Shown here piece after piece: positions 12,380 to 24,210 of a stretch of DNA of 64,000 bases. A model generated the notes under the pieces. It was not told where the DNA came from and ran no database searches. It saw only the letters and a program-made list of their open reading frames with translations. The position numbers were made by a program, and so were the translations under genes. The stretch covers positions 57,412,001 through 57,476,000 of the forward strand of contig NC_073386.1 in assembly GCF_028641065.1 (NCBI RefSeq), given 5' to 3'. Numbering within the stretch: the stretch's first letter is position 1; every line of letters begins with the position of its first letter. The stretch is from Leucoraja erinacea (taxonomy: Eukaryota).

Positions 12380-12828
12380 TAGCTGAGAGAATGGAGCAGC
12401 TGGGCTTGTACACTCTGGAGTTTAGAAGGATGAGAGGATCATCTCATTGAAACATATCAGATTGTTAAGGGTTTCGACACGCTAGAGGCAGGAAACTTGT
12501 CCCCGATGTTGGGGGAGTCCAGAACCACGGGCCACAGTTTAAGAATAAGGAGTAAGCCACTTAGAACGAGCAGATGAGGAAACACTTTTTCTCACAGAGA
12601 TTTGTGAGTCTGTGGAATTCTCTGCCTCAGAGGGCGGTGGAGGCAGGTTCTCTGGATGCTTTCAAGAGAGAGCTAGATAGGGCTCTTAAAAATAGCGGAG
12701 TCAGGGGATATGGGGAGAAGGCAGGAACGGGGTACTGATTGGGGATGATCAGCCACGATCACATTGAATGGCGGTGCTGGCTCGAAGGGCTGAATGGCCT
12801 ACTCCTGCACCTATTGTCTATTGTCTAT
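12380..12828 (+). mobile_element. CR1 3' fragment, (CTATTGT)n-tail subfamily
   Basis: LGLYTLEFRRMRG...RGHSLRI remnants and tail ctattgtctattgtcta. Confidence 0.88.
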
Positions 12829-13834
12829 AAATAGATCTCAATGCACTGAAAACTGTTGTTAGTGTGGGTTTTCTCTGGGTGCTATGGTTTCCCCCCACAT
12901 TCCAAGGACATGTGGGTTTTGTAGGTTAATTGGCCTCTAAATTACCCCATGTGTGTTGAGAGAGGGTGAGAAAGTGGAAAAACAAGACTGGTGAGAACAG
13001 GTGATCGAAGGACAGCATGGACTCTGTGGGCTGAAGGGCCCGTTACCGTGCTGCATCTCTAAAACATTGCTTTGTTTAGTTTCCTGGAGAGTGACAGATT
13101 CTTGATTAGTACGGGTGTCAGAGGCTAAGGGGGAGAAGGCAGGAGAATGGGGCTGAGGGGGAATGTTACCCCTTCGATTCCTGTTAAATCTTTTCCACTT
13201 CACCGTAAAACCGATGTCCTCTGGTGCTCAATGTGCCCTACTCTGGGCAAGAGACTCAGTGCGTCTACCTGATCTATTCCTCTCATGATTTTGTATAAGA
13301 TCACCCCTCATCCTCCTGCGTTGCAAGGAATAGAGTCCCAGCCTGATCAACCTCTCCCTGTAGATCAGGTCCTTATGTCGGGGGTTACGGGGAGAAGGCA
13401 GGGGAATGGGGTTAGGAGGGAGAGATAGATCAGCCATGATTGAAGGGCGGGGTAGACATGATGGGCCGAATGACCTAATTCTGCTCCTAGAACTTATGAT
13501 CTTATTATTGACATGATTATGTCACGGACTTGTAGGGCCGAGATGGCCTGTTTCCATGCTGTAATTGTTATATGTTATTATTGGACGGTGAAAATGGTGA
13601 ATACAAGTTCTGGAGGAAATTATGCTGAATATTGGCATTTCTATTGGAGCAATTTGCTTCATATTTTGCACGATAATATTGGCAAAAATGCATTAATAGT
13701 CCACGTATTGATTTTTTCTCATCCTTCTGCACAGCACATGTAGGTTGTGAGAGTTTGCCCTTCAAACATCAAAAGCACGAGGTTACAATTCAAAGCCAAT
13801 GCCAGGCTGTCAGCTTCTGGAGACCTCAGTTCAG

Positions 13835-14690
13835 TTTAGTTTATTGTCACCGAAGTACAGTGAAAAGCTTTTGTTGCGTGCTAACCAGTCGGCAGAAAGA
13901 CAATACATGATTACAATCCAGCCGTCCACAATTACATGATAAGGGAATTTAGTGCAAGGTAAAGCCAGTAAAGTCTGATCAAAGAATCAAGAGAGTTTTA
14001 TTGTCATGTGTCCCAGATAGGACAATGAAATTCTTACATGCTGCAGCACAACACAATATGCAAACGTAATACATAACAGGAGAAAAAAACGTTCAGTGTG
14101 TATATATACACTTGCACACATACTCAATAAATAACAAATATAGTGCAATAATAATAATAGACTGTTGTAGTTCAGAGCATATTTGTTGTTGTGTTTCATA
14201 GCCTGATGGCTGTGGGGAAGAAGCTGTTCCTGAACCTGGACGTTACAGTTTTCAGGCTCCTGTACCTTCTTCCCGATGGCAATGGTGAGATGAGTGTGTG
14301 GCCAGGATGGTGTGGGTCTTTGATGATGCTAGCTGTCTTTTTGAGGCAGCGACTGCGATAGATCCCATCGATGGTGGGGAGGTCAGAGCCGGTGATGGAC
14401 TGGGCAGTGGCCGAGGGTCCCCGATGAGGTAGATAGCAGTTCAATACCGCTCTCTAGTTGTTGATAGGTGGATTTAGTTGCCTGATAACAGGTGGGATGA
14501 AACTGTCCCTGAATCTGGAGGTGTGCGTTTTCACACTTTTATACCTTTTGCCCGATGGGAGAGGGGAGAAGAGGGAGTGACCAGGGTGCGACTCATCCTT
14601 GGCAGCGTGAGGTATAAATGGAGTCAATGGAAGGGAGGCTGGTTTGTGCGATGGTCTGGGCTGTGCCCACAATTCTCTACAATTTCTTGC
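13835..14690 (-). mobile_element. Nested Rex1/Babar-like LINE 3' fragments
   Basis: ORFs IIKDPHHPGH..LPSGRRYRS..TSRFRNSFFPTAIRL and similar, with aataaa-microsatellite tails. Confidence 0.75.
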
Positions 14691-15134
14691 AACCTCACTC
14701 ATCACTACTCTTTTATTGTGTCTTACAAAAAAAATCTTCCCTCGGCTCCCACGATCACTTCTAATCATGCTTCATTTTTTAATGATCAAGGAAATTGCTG
14801 TTTTTGGCAGCGAGAACACAGAAATGGGCCCTTTGGACAAACACATTCTTGCTGACCACCCCTCACAGCCATTCATTTGCCCAAATCAAGATGGCATCCA
14901 TCTCTTCCTTACATATTTAAGTAGCATTGATGGCACAAGGGCAGCACCGGGGCACAGCGGTAGAGTTGCTGCCTTTCAGCACCAGAGGCCCGGGTTCGAT
15001 CCCGACAACGGAGTCTGTCCGTGCAGAGCATCATCCTCAAAGATTACAATATTTGCGAGCAAAACAATACTAAAACCATAGACTGTGCTACTAGTTATGT
15101 AGATATTGCCCAGCAAGTATAGATTGTTGAGATT

Positions 15135-15430
15135 GGTGGCGCAGCAGTAGAGTTGCTGCCTCACAGTGCCAGAGACCCGGATTTGACCCTGACTACAGGC
15201 GCTGTCAGTACGGACTTTGTACGTTCTCCCCATGACTGCGTGGGTTTTCTCCGGGTGCTCCGGTTTCCTCCCGCACTCCAAAGATGTGCCGGTTTGTAGG
15301 TTAATTGGCTTTGGTAAAGATTGTAAATTGACCCTAGTGTGTAGGATAGCGCTAGTGTACAGGAACCTCTGGTGGGCGCGAGCGCGGACGCAGTGGGTTG
15401 AACGGCTCGTTTCTGTGCTGTATCTCGCAA
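15135..15430 (+). mobile_element. V-SINE upstream of the APOBEC4 coding exon
   Basis: tRNA head, V core and tail. Confidence 0.88.
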
Positions 15431-15488
15431 TTAAAAACTACAAAATTTCTCCTTTCAGAGGTTGATTGATCTATTCGGCAGTCCCACC

Positions 15489-15509
15489 ATTTTGTTTTTT
15501 GCATTTCAG
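15489..15509 (+). promoter_or_regulatory. Candidate splice acceptor for the APOBEC4 coding exon
   Basis: Pyrimidine-rich tract ttttgttttttgcatttcAG (AG 15508-15509), 124 nt upstream of the ATG. Mammalian APOBEC4 has a non-coding first exon. Confidence 0.5.
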
Positions 15510-15633
15510 ATATCCCTTCCATCTGCGTTATTACAACCGTGCGAATGCACGGAGGTTTGAGTGATGATCATGAGGTCTAGAATGCTGCATAGATGCTCCT
15601 TCCTCATGGAAGCAAGGAGATGACGTAGCCAGT

Positions 15634-16737
15634 ATGGCTTTGACATATGAGGAGTATACTGCTCCACAAGGCACACTGGTGAAGCCTTATTACTGGCTGC
15701 ACTTCACTGAAAGTTGTCCCAAGTGCCCGTATCACATCAAAACCGGAGATGAGGCCCGTGTATCCTACATGGAATTTTATGAAACCTTCGGCTTTCCCTA
15801 CGCTCAGCCACAGCGCGGGAATCATCTAGTTTTTTATGAGCTGAAGTTATCATCAGGCACGTTGGTGCAGAAGGGACAAGTATCCAACTGTGCTTTGTAC
15901 CAGCTACATCCAGAGGCAATGTTCTTCGATATGGAGGGCTACCTGGATGCACTCATGTACTCCTATGAAGACATTGCGTACATCACCCTATATTCCAATT
16001 ACACCCCGTGCAATGAGCGAGCCCATGGCTGCATCGGCAAAATACACGATTTCTTACTGAACTACCCGAGCACGAGGTTAGACGTCTACTTTTCCGCGCT
16101 CTACCATATCGACGACCGCCATTACGAATCGGGCTGGAACACTGAGGCTCTCCACACATTGGCAGCGCTGTGGCCCAGAGTGACCATTAATCCCATCAGT
16201 AACGGGACATGGCTGGCCATTCTTCACAGGTTCGTGAATGGCGTGCCCTGGACCGCACTTTATAACCCCGTCTTGCCCGAAAGAGCTTCTGCCGATCTGG
16301 CCAACGCCCATCAGATCGCCACCATCACCGGCGTCAACCCTTCCTATGTTGACGTCGCCCCTCATGCCAAGCAGCAGAGGCAACGTTTTAGACCGGAAGG
16401 TGCGAAGTTGTACAAGTTTGCGCAAGCAGCACTGCCCGCCATCAACGGGACGCCGTTCGCCTCTCCATACCAACCCTACGCCAATCTCTTCAATCTGCCC
16501 GCACTGCCCTGGTCAATGTATCCCCCCCAACCGCAGAAAACCAGGCCAAAGATCGTGGTGAGACATCTCAACATGCCGGGCACGTCTGAGTGGAAAACCC
16601 ATTCATCCCCGACAATCCGCGATGAACAAGTAACCGAGATGGTGGTGATAAACGAGGTTCCACTTAAGGAGAAAGCAAGCAACTCCAAGGGGCAGGAGAA
16701 GAACAAGGCAAGGCCAAAACACACAAGGAGGAACTAG
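15634..16737 (+). CDS. APOBEC4: APOBEC4, putative C-to-U deaminase of the AID/APOBEC family (367 aa, single coding exon)
   Basis: Uninterrupted ORF. N-terminus YEEY..GTLVKPYYWL..CPKCPYHIKTGDEARVS, Zn motif H92-P-E94 and P-C126-x6-C133 (APOBEC4-specific spacing), LYFS.LYH, LWPRV, IVVRHLNMP and basic C-terminus all match vertebrate APOBEC4 as I recall it. Confidence 0.97.
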   Translation: MALTYEEYTAPQGTLVKPYYWLHFTESCPKCPYHIKTGDEARVSYMEFYETFGFPYAQPQRGNHLVFYELKLSSGTLVQKGQVSNCALYQLHPEAMFFDMEGYLDALMYSYEDIAYITLYSNYTPCNERAHGCIGKIHDFLLNYPSTRLDVYFSALYHIDDRHYESGWNTEALHTLAALWPRVTINPISNGTWLAILHRFVNGVPWTALYNPVLPERASADLANAHQIATITGVNPSYVDVAPHAKQQRQRFRPEGAKLYKFAQAALPAINGTPFASPYQPYANLFNLPALPWSMYPPQPQKTRPKIVVRHLNMPGTSEWKTHSSPTIRDEQVTEMVVINEVPLKEKASNSKGQEKNKARPKHTRRN

Positions 16738-16949
16738 CAAATAGTTAGAAACTGGTCAAAGTGCAAAATAATATCCCTTACAGCAGGTTAGATGTCAATT
16801 CAAGGTTCAATGATGTAGTGTTGCAGTATCGTAGAACGAGCCTCAGAATCATATGGCACGCAAATAGGCCATGCTGACCAAGATGGGCCCATCTACCCAT
16901 GTTTAGCTCATGTCCCTCTAAACCATTCCTACCTGGCACAATTCTTACA

Positions 16950-17180
16950 GGCAGCGTAGTGGCACAGCTGATAGAGCTGCGGCCTCACAGCACCAAGTTT
17001 GATGCTGACGTCAGGTGCTGTGTGTGTACGTGGAGTTAGCACGTCATCCCCGTAACCGCCTGGGTTTCCTTCCACATTGCAAAAAGACATGGCTGCTGTA
17101 AATTGTCCCTAGTGTCTAGGGAGAAACTAGTGTGAATAGGTGATCGATGTTCTGCATGGACTTGATGGGTCGAAGGGCCA
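16950..17180 (+). mobile_element. Diverged V-SINE downstream of the APOBEC4 stop
   Basis: ggcagcgtagtggcacagctgatagagctgc head and V-core remnants. Confidence 0.7.
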
Positions 17181-17886
17181 ACACTAAAACGCTACTAGAC
17201 TCCTGTAAAAGCATTAAATGTCTGCCCGATCAGATTAACGTCTTCTTCTTGCGTATAGTGTGCACAGCCTAAAGTTGTAGGACAACTTGTTCTATTTGAT
17301 CTTATTTGATTGTGCACGCTGGGTTGATTGTATTTGTCTAAACAGGGCGGACCACGTGAAGGTTGCAATCTCCCACCCCCATCAGATTACCTGTTGTACC
17401 ACGATTCTATTCCAGGTTAACTTTAGTCAGACGGTGGTGAATCTGTGGAATTCTTTGCCACAGAAGGTTGTGGAGGCCAAGTCAATGGATATTTTCAAGG
17501 CAGAGATAGATAGATTCTTGATTAAGGGGTTATGGGGAGAAGGCAGGAGAATGGGGTTAGGAGGGAGAGCTAGATCAGCTATGATTGAATGGCAAAGTAG
17601 ACTTAATGGGCCGAATGGCCTAATTTTATTCCTATTCCCAATGACCTTATTCAGTTATATGCACATGTACTGTGTTTCTGAATCCTATGGATTTGAATGC
17701 AAATTCCACTTTTGTGCAACTGATCCAAGGGATATGCTGATGCAATTGAAATCCATGGCAACAATGGATAGGAACTATCTAGGTTCCAGCTCACACAGAA
17801 CCATTCCCAAGCAAGGAAGCTAAAAGCTATCAGGTGAAGAGAAAGCAACAGAGAAAAAATATTATTTTTATATTTAAAATGGACAT

Positions 17887-18143
17887 AAAGTGTTGGAGTA
17901 ACTCAGCGGGTCAGGCAGCATCTGTGGAGAACATGGATAGGTGACATTTCACAGAGTGCTGGAGTAACTCAGCGGGTCAGGCAGCATCTGTGGAGAACAT
18001 GGATAGGTGACGTTTCACAGAGTGCTGGAGTAACTCAGCTGGTCAGGCAGCATCTGTGGAGAACATGGATAGGTGACGTTTCACTGCTGGAGTAACTCAG
18101 CTGGTCAGGCAGCATCTGTGGAGAACATGGATAGGTGATGTTT
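17887..18143. repeat. Tandem repeat, 66-bp unit x ~4, PLE-terminus derived
   Basis: Unit agagtgctggagtaactcagcgggtcaggcagcatctgtggagaacatggataggtgacgtttcac; units start at 17953 and 18019. Confidence 0.92.
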
Positions 18144-18239
18144 AGGAAGGAACAGCTGATGCTGCTCTAAACCAAAGATAGACACAAAAATCTGGAGCAA
18201 CTCAGCGGGTAAGGCAGCATCTCTAGAGAGAAGGAACAT

Positions 18240-18273
18240 GTGACGTTTCAGGTCGAGACCCTTCTTCAGACTG
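18240..18273 (-). ncRNA. Minimal hammerhead ribozyme motif (intact core)
   Basis: Minus strand cagt-CTGAAGA-A-GGGTC-TC-GACCT-GAAA-C-GTC-A. Confidence 0.6.
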
Positions 18274-18829
18274 AAGGGACCTGACCCAAAACGTTACCTG
18301 CTCCTTCTCTCCAGAGATGCTGCCTGACCCGCTGAGTTACTCCAGCTTTGTGTGTCTATGGATAGGTGATGTTTTGGGTCGAGCCCCTTCTTCAGACTGA
18401 TTGTAAGGATGGAGGGGGAGGGGGAGGGGGGAAAGGAGAGATTTGGAAAAAGGGCGAGGCAGGATAGCTGGAGGATAGCTGGTGGTGGAGGAGTTTGGAT
18501 AGGGAGCTGGTTGGAATAAAGGCCAAGGATAAGGAAGGAAAATGTGACATTAAAAAAGTTGCTGATGGTAAAGCTGATGGGAGGAGGGCGAGGCAATAGG
18601 GAAGAAAGTCTGTGGTGGGGGGAGAGGGGGGTTGATTTGAAAGTCTTTGGAGATACAGCATGGAAACAGGCCCTTCAGCCCACCAAGTCAGCCCCGACCA
18701 ACCCGTACACCAACACCATCCTACACACTAGGGACAATTTTACATTTTTTTACAAAGCCTACAAACCTGTATGCCCTGAGTGTGGGTGGAAGCCAGAGTA
18801 CACCTACATGGCCACAAAGAGATCGTAAC

Positions 18830-19050
18830 ACAGGGAGAGAGAGGTTACCTAAAATTGGAAAATTCAATGTTCATTCTGTTGGGTTGTAAGCTAACTAAGA
18901 GGAATACGAGGTACTGCACCTCCAGTGTGTGTGTGTGTGTGTGTGGCCTCTCTCTGGCAATGTACGAGGCCCAGGACATAAAGGTCAGTGTGGGAATGGG
19001 AAGGGGAGTTGAAATGGCTAGTGACCGTGAGATCAAGTAGGCCTTGGCGG
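18830..19050 (-). mobile_element. Penelope-like element, ORF C-terminal fragment
   Basis: LEVQYLVFLLVSLQPNRMNIEFSNF, homologous to the PLE ORF end at 36100-36173. Confidence 0.75.
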
Positions 19051-19175
19051 ACCAAGGGCCTGCGACCCTAGGAGTGGCCGGGACTCTATTCCATGGAGCG
19101 CAGGACGATGAGAGGTGATCTTATAGAGGTGCCCAAAGTAGGGGAATCGATGAGTAGAGGGCATAGGTTTAATGT

Positions 19176-19181
19176 GGGGGT

Positions 19182-19228
<47 letters not shown>
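19176..19228. repeat. Poly-G tract (~50 nt)
   Basis: Seen directly; possible artefact. Confidence 0.9.
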
Positions 19229-19229
<1 letters not shown>

Positions 19230-19749
19230 ATTTTTCTCACGCAAAGGGTGGTAGATAGTCAAGAGAGAGTCAAGAGTCAATTTAATTGTCATTTGGACCC
19301 CTAGAGGTCCAAACGAAATGCCGTTTCTGCAGCCATACATTACACACAAATAGACCCAGACACAACATAATTACATTTTACATAAACAGCCATCACATAG
19401 CTGTGATGGAAGGCCAAAAAAACTTATCTCTCCATTGCACTCTCCCCCCCCCCGATGTCAGAGTCAAAGTCAAGTAGATGTATGGAATGTGAAGATAGTT
19501 GAGGCAGGCACAATCAGAATGTGTAAGAAACATTTAGACAGGTACATGGATAGGATAAGTTTGGAGGGGTTTGGTACCAAATGCAGGTATGTGGGACTAG
19601 TGTAGATGGGACGTTGGCCAGTGTGGGCGTTAGGCTAACTTTCCTGTTTGCACACTGTAAGACTATGACTGGGTATATAAGGTCCACTACACTTTTGTAG
19701 GACATTAAAAATGTTAATAGGTGTACAGCAGAAACATCTTACAACCTCT

Positions 19750-20065
19750 TAGGGTGGCACGATGGCGCAGCGGTACAGTTACTGCCTTACAGCGCTTGCA
19801 GCGCCAGAGATCCTGGTTCGATCCCGATTACGGGTGCTGTCTGTACAGAGTTTGTACGTTCCCCCCGTGACCTGCGTGGGTTTTCTCCGATATCTTCAGT
19901 TTCCTCACAACCTCCAAAGGCGTACACAGATTTGTAGATGAATTGGCTTGGTATAAATGTAAATTGTCCTCACTGTGTGTTGGATAGCGTAGGTGAGCGG
20001 GGATCTCTGGTCAGCGTGGACGCGGTGGTCCGAAGTGCCTGTTTCCACACTGTATCTCTAAACTA
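19750..20065 (+). mobile_element. V-SINE
   Basis: Full head, core and tail. Confidence 0.87.
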
Positions 20066-20789
20066 AAAAAACTCAACAGATCATGGGTTGGTTTGGCATG
20101 TAAGGCTATACAGAACCATTAAATACTTTCCATTTATCTGTCATTTACTGTATGTAATACTTCAACTAATTCCCAACCAGTGCCTTTCACAATGCCCCTT
20201 CAATGCTACGAGGGCGAGTCTTGTTGATACTGTATGCTTATTCTTGGTTTACATCTACAACACAATAAAAAGGTATAAATATTAGAGTGTTCTTCAGTAA
20301 AGATCCCCAAGCTAAAGCATAGGTGCCACAGAATACTGCCAGAGGCTTTGTATACATGGTAAACTCAAAACTTATTTTTGGTAAATATATATCTAGGTCA
20401 GGTGCAAAGCAAGTTGGAACCCAATAAAAGGTAGCAGTGGTGTCATTGACGTCAAAGAATCACAGGGTCATACAGCATGGAAACGGCTCTCAAGGCCACC
20501 TTGCCCACGCCCACCAAGATGCCCCATCTACGCGGGGCCCACCTGCCTGAGCTTTCACTTCCAGTTTAGTTTATTGTCACGTGTACCAAGGTACAGGGAA
20601 AAGTCAGCGGAAAGACCACACATGATTACAATCGATCAATTCCATGTCCCTCTAATGCTATCCTATCCATGTACCTGTCCAAATGCCCTTTACATGTTGT
20701 TGCAGTGGCTGCCTCAACTACCTCCTTTGGCAGCTCGTTCCATTGGCAACGCCATCCAAACTGCCTTAGGCCACACACCGCACAGATTA

Positions 20790-21650
20790 ACATAGAAACA
20801 TAGAAACATAGAAATTAGGTGCAGGAGTAGGCCATTCGGCCCTTCGAGCCTGCACCGCCATTCAATATGATCATGGCTGATCATCCAACTCAGTATCCCG
20901 TACCTGCCTTCTCTCCATGCCCTCTTAGCCCCCTCTGATCCCCTTGGCCACAAGGGCCACATCTAACTCCCTCTTAAATATAGCCAATGAACTGGCCTCG
21001 ACTACCCTCTGTGGCAGAGAGTTCCAGAGATTCACCACTCTCTGTGTGAAAAAAGTTCTCCACATCTCGGTTTTAAAGGATTTCCCCCTTATCCTTAAGC
21101 TGTGACCCCTTGTCCTGGACTTCCCCAACATCGGGAACAATCTTCCTGCATCTAGCCTGTCCAATCCCTTAAGAATTTTGTAAGTTTCTATAAGATCCCC
21201 TCTCAATCTCCTAAATTCTAGAGAGTATAAACCAAGTCTATCCAGTCTTTCTTCATAAGACAGTCCTGACATCCCAGGAATCAGTCTGGTGAACCTTCTC
21301 TGCACTCCCTCTATGGCAATATTGTCCTTCCTCAGATTTGGAGACCAAAACTGCACGCAATACTCCAGGTGTGGTCTCACCAAGACCCTGTACAACTGCA
21401 GTAGAACCTGCACCGCCATGATCTTATTGAATGGCGGTGCAGGCTCGAAGGGCCGAATGGCCTACTCCTGCACCTAATTTCTATGTTTCTATGTTAACCT
21501 CCCTGCTCCTATACTCAAATCCTCTTGCTATGAAAGCCAACATACCATTCGCTTTATTTACTGCCTGCTGCACCTGCATGCATACCTTCAATGACTGGTG
21601 TACCATGACACCCAGGTCTCGCTGCATTTTCCCCTTTCCCAATCGGCCAC
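20790..21650 (-). mobile_element. Young CR1 3' portion, interrupted by an antisense CR1 tail (21410-21495)
   Basis: ORF LYRVLVRPHLEYCVQFWSP...FFTQRVVNLWNSLP; (ATAGAAAC)n tail. Confidence 0.92.
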
Positions 21651-21699
21651 CATTAACTGGGCTGTGCTCACCACACCACAGCTTCAGAGGGTGGACAAC

Positions 21700-22372
21700 T
21701 AACTCTTTCATCTTGCTGCTGTTAAGGGTTACTCCTGAACCACTCATGCTGAAGCAACGACCAAGAAAGCACACCAACGCATCTACTTCCTCACAAGGCT
21801 TAGGAAGTTCAGCATGTCCCCAACAACTCTCACCAACTTCTACAGATGCACCATGGAAAGCATTTTATCGGCATGCATCACAGCTTGGTTTGGGAACAGC
21901 TCCATCCAAAACCACAAGAAATTGCAGCGAATTGTGGACGCAGCCCAGACCCTCACACAAACCAACCTCCCTTCCGTCAACTCCATTTATACCTCACGCT
22001 GCCTCGGCAAGGCCAGCAGCATTATCAAGGACGAGTCACACCCTGGTCACCCCCTCTTCTCCCCTCTCCCATCAGGCAAAAGGTATAGAAGTGTGAAAAC
22101 GCAAACCTCCAGATTCAGGGACAGTTTCTTCCCAGCTGTTATCAGGCAACTGAATCATCCTACCACAACCAGAGAGCAGTGCTGATCTACTATCTACCTC
22201 ATTGGTGACCCTTGATCAGACTTTGCTGGCTTTACCTTGTACTAAAATTCCCTTATCATGTATCTGTGCACTGTGAATGGCTCGATTGTAATCATTTTCC
22301 GCTGACTGGCTAGCATGTAACAAAGGCTTTTTCGCTGTACGTCGGTACACGTGATACTAAACTAAACTAAAC
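21700..22372 (+). mobile_element. Rex1/Babar-like LINE 3' end
   Basis: KKAHQRIYFL..MSPTTLTNFYRCTMESILSACITAWFGN..RFRDSFFPAVIRQLN; (AACTA)n tail. Confidence 0.85.
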
Positions 22373-22949
22373 TGGGTGGTTCTCATTCTCTTACCTATCC
22401 ATTTTATCTCCCTGTTGTTGATCAGGGCCATGGTGGACAGTGGAATCATTGGCTCATATGTCTATGGTACTTGGCCAGTCATATCACACAGAGAGTAGAG
22501 CAAGGGACAGAGTGTAGGAAAAAGGCCAGAACAAATCAGGGCCAGCACCCGATGACCAATGAAGAGTGGAGCCCATAATAGCCCATTGTTGGTTGGGGAA
22601 GAGGGCCACTATGGGCTCCATCCACCCTTCCACCTTCGGAGTGACAAAGGGTTCCAACCCAAATCGTCACCCAGAGACACTGCCTGACCCGCTCAGTTAC
22701 TCCAGTATTGTTCACCTCCGGTATAATCCAGCATCCACAGTTCTTTTCTACACATTCCAACCAAGGTCTGTCGCTCAGGAAGTCCAGCAGTATTTGCAGG
22801 TGGAGGCCCCAAGGCCAAGTTACAGATGTTGAGGGATGAGCTGAGTTGGTATCATGGTGTTGAAGGCTTAGCTTTAGTCAATAACAAACATCCTGATGTT
22901 CTTAATGTCAACGTGATTCAGAGCTGACTGCAGTGCGAGAGGTGGTATC

Positions 22950-23790
22950 ATAAGATAGGAGTAGAATTAGGCCATTCGGCCCATCAAGTCTACTCCGCCA
23001 TTCAATCATGGTTGATCTATCTCTCCCTCCTAACCCCATATTCCTGCCTTCTCCCCATAATCTCTGACACCTGTACTAATCAAGAATCTATCGATGTCTG
23101 CCTTAAAAATATCCACTGACTTGGCCTCAACAGAGTCACCACCCTTTGACTAAAGGGCCTGTCCCACTGTACGAGGTAATTCAAGAGCTCTCCTGAGTTT
23201 TAAAAAAAAATCACACTCGTGGTAAGCACGTAGATTGTATGTAGCGGGCACGTCGGAGCTCGGGGACGTCACTTAGCGGCTTGTAACGCTAACGGCAGGT
23301 ACTCGGGAAACGCGGTAAACTTTGTTGAAAAATGTTGAAAAATGTCCAAGAGAGCCCCGAGTACCTACAAGCGGCTATTACTGTAATTCTCCGAGTTCGA
23401 ATCGGGGAAACTCAGGAGAACTCTTGAATTACCTCGTAGAGTGGGACAGGCCCTTAAATAAATGTCTCCTCATCTCCTTCCTAAAAGAACATCCATTAAT
23501 TCTAAGGCTATGACCTCTAGTCCTAGACTCTCCCACTAATGGAACCATCTTCGCCACATCAAGTCAAGTCAAGTTTATTTGTCACATACACATACGAGAT
23601 GTGCAGTGAAATGAAAGTGGCAATGCTCGCGGACTTTTGTGCAAAAGACAAACAACAAAACAACCAAACAAATTATAAACACAATCATAACACACATATT
23701 CTTTTACATAATAACATCCACTCCATCCAAGTTTTTCACTATTTTAGAGGTCCCCCCTCATTCTTCTAAACTCCAGAGGGTACAGGCCCA
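22950..23790 (-). mobile_element. Older CR1 fragment carrying a nested MITE and a LINE tail
   Basis: Reverse CR1 3' sequence split at 23154-23454 and 23560-23715. Confidence 0.75.
23154..23454. mobile_element. PIF/Harbinger-type MITE, copy 3 (best preserved)
   Basis: TIR AGGGCCTGTCCCACT...AGTGGGACAGGCCCT with perfect 3-bp TAA TSD (23151-23153 and 23455-23457), inside a CR1 fragment. Confidence 0.88.
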
Positions 23791-23924
23791 GTGCAGACAA
23801 ATCATCGGCAGGCTGGTTTCTCCTGTGTCGAGGCATCAAGAATGTCAGGAAGAGTGGTCCTAACTAATTTTTTCAATCACTTCAATGTGGTCAATAGTAG
23901 AGGTAGGCAATAGTCAGATTAGTT

Positions 23925-24210
23925 TTAGAAACACAGCGGAAACAGGCCCTTCAGCCCACCGAGTCTGTGCCGACCTGCGATCCCCACATACTAACACCAC
24001 CCTACACAATGGGAACAATTGTTTTACCAAAGCCAATTAACCTACAAACCTGCATGTCTTTGGAGTGCGGGAGGAAACAGGAACACCTGAAAACTCACGC
24101 AGCTCACGGGGAGAACGTGCAAACTCCGTACAGACAGCACCCGTAGTCAGGATGGAACCCAGGTCTCTGTCGCTGTGAGGCAGCAACTCTACCGCTGTGC
24201 CACCGTGCCC
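23925..24210 (-). mobile_element. V-SINE
   Basis: Reverse head ...caactctaccgctgtgccaccgtgccc. Confidence 0.87.

Noticed and set aside
15737-16724. Overlapping antisense and alternate-frame ORFs within APOBEC4
   Set aside because: Expected by-products of a GC-rich coding exon; no independent motifs.
17887-18143. CRISPR-like periodic repeat
   Set aside because: No unique spacers, no cas genes, vertebrate DNA; the unit derives from a PLE terminus.
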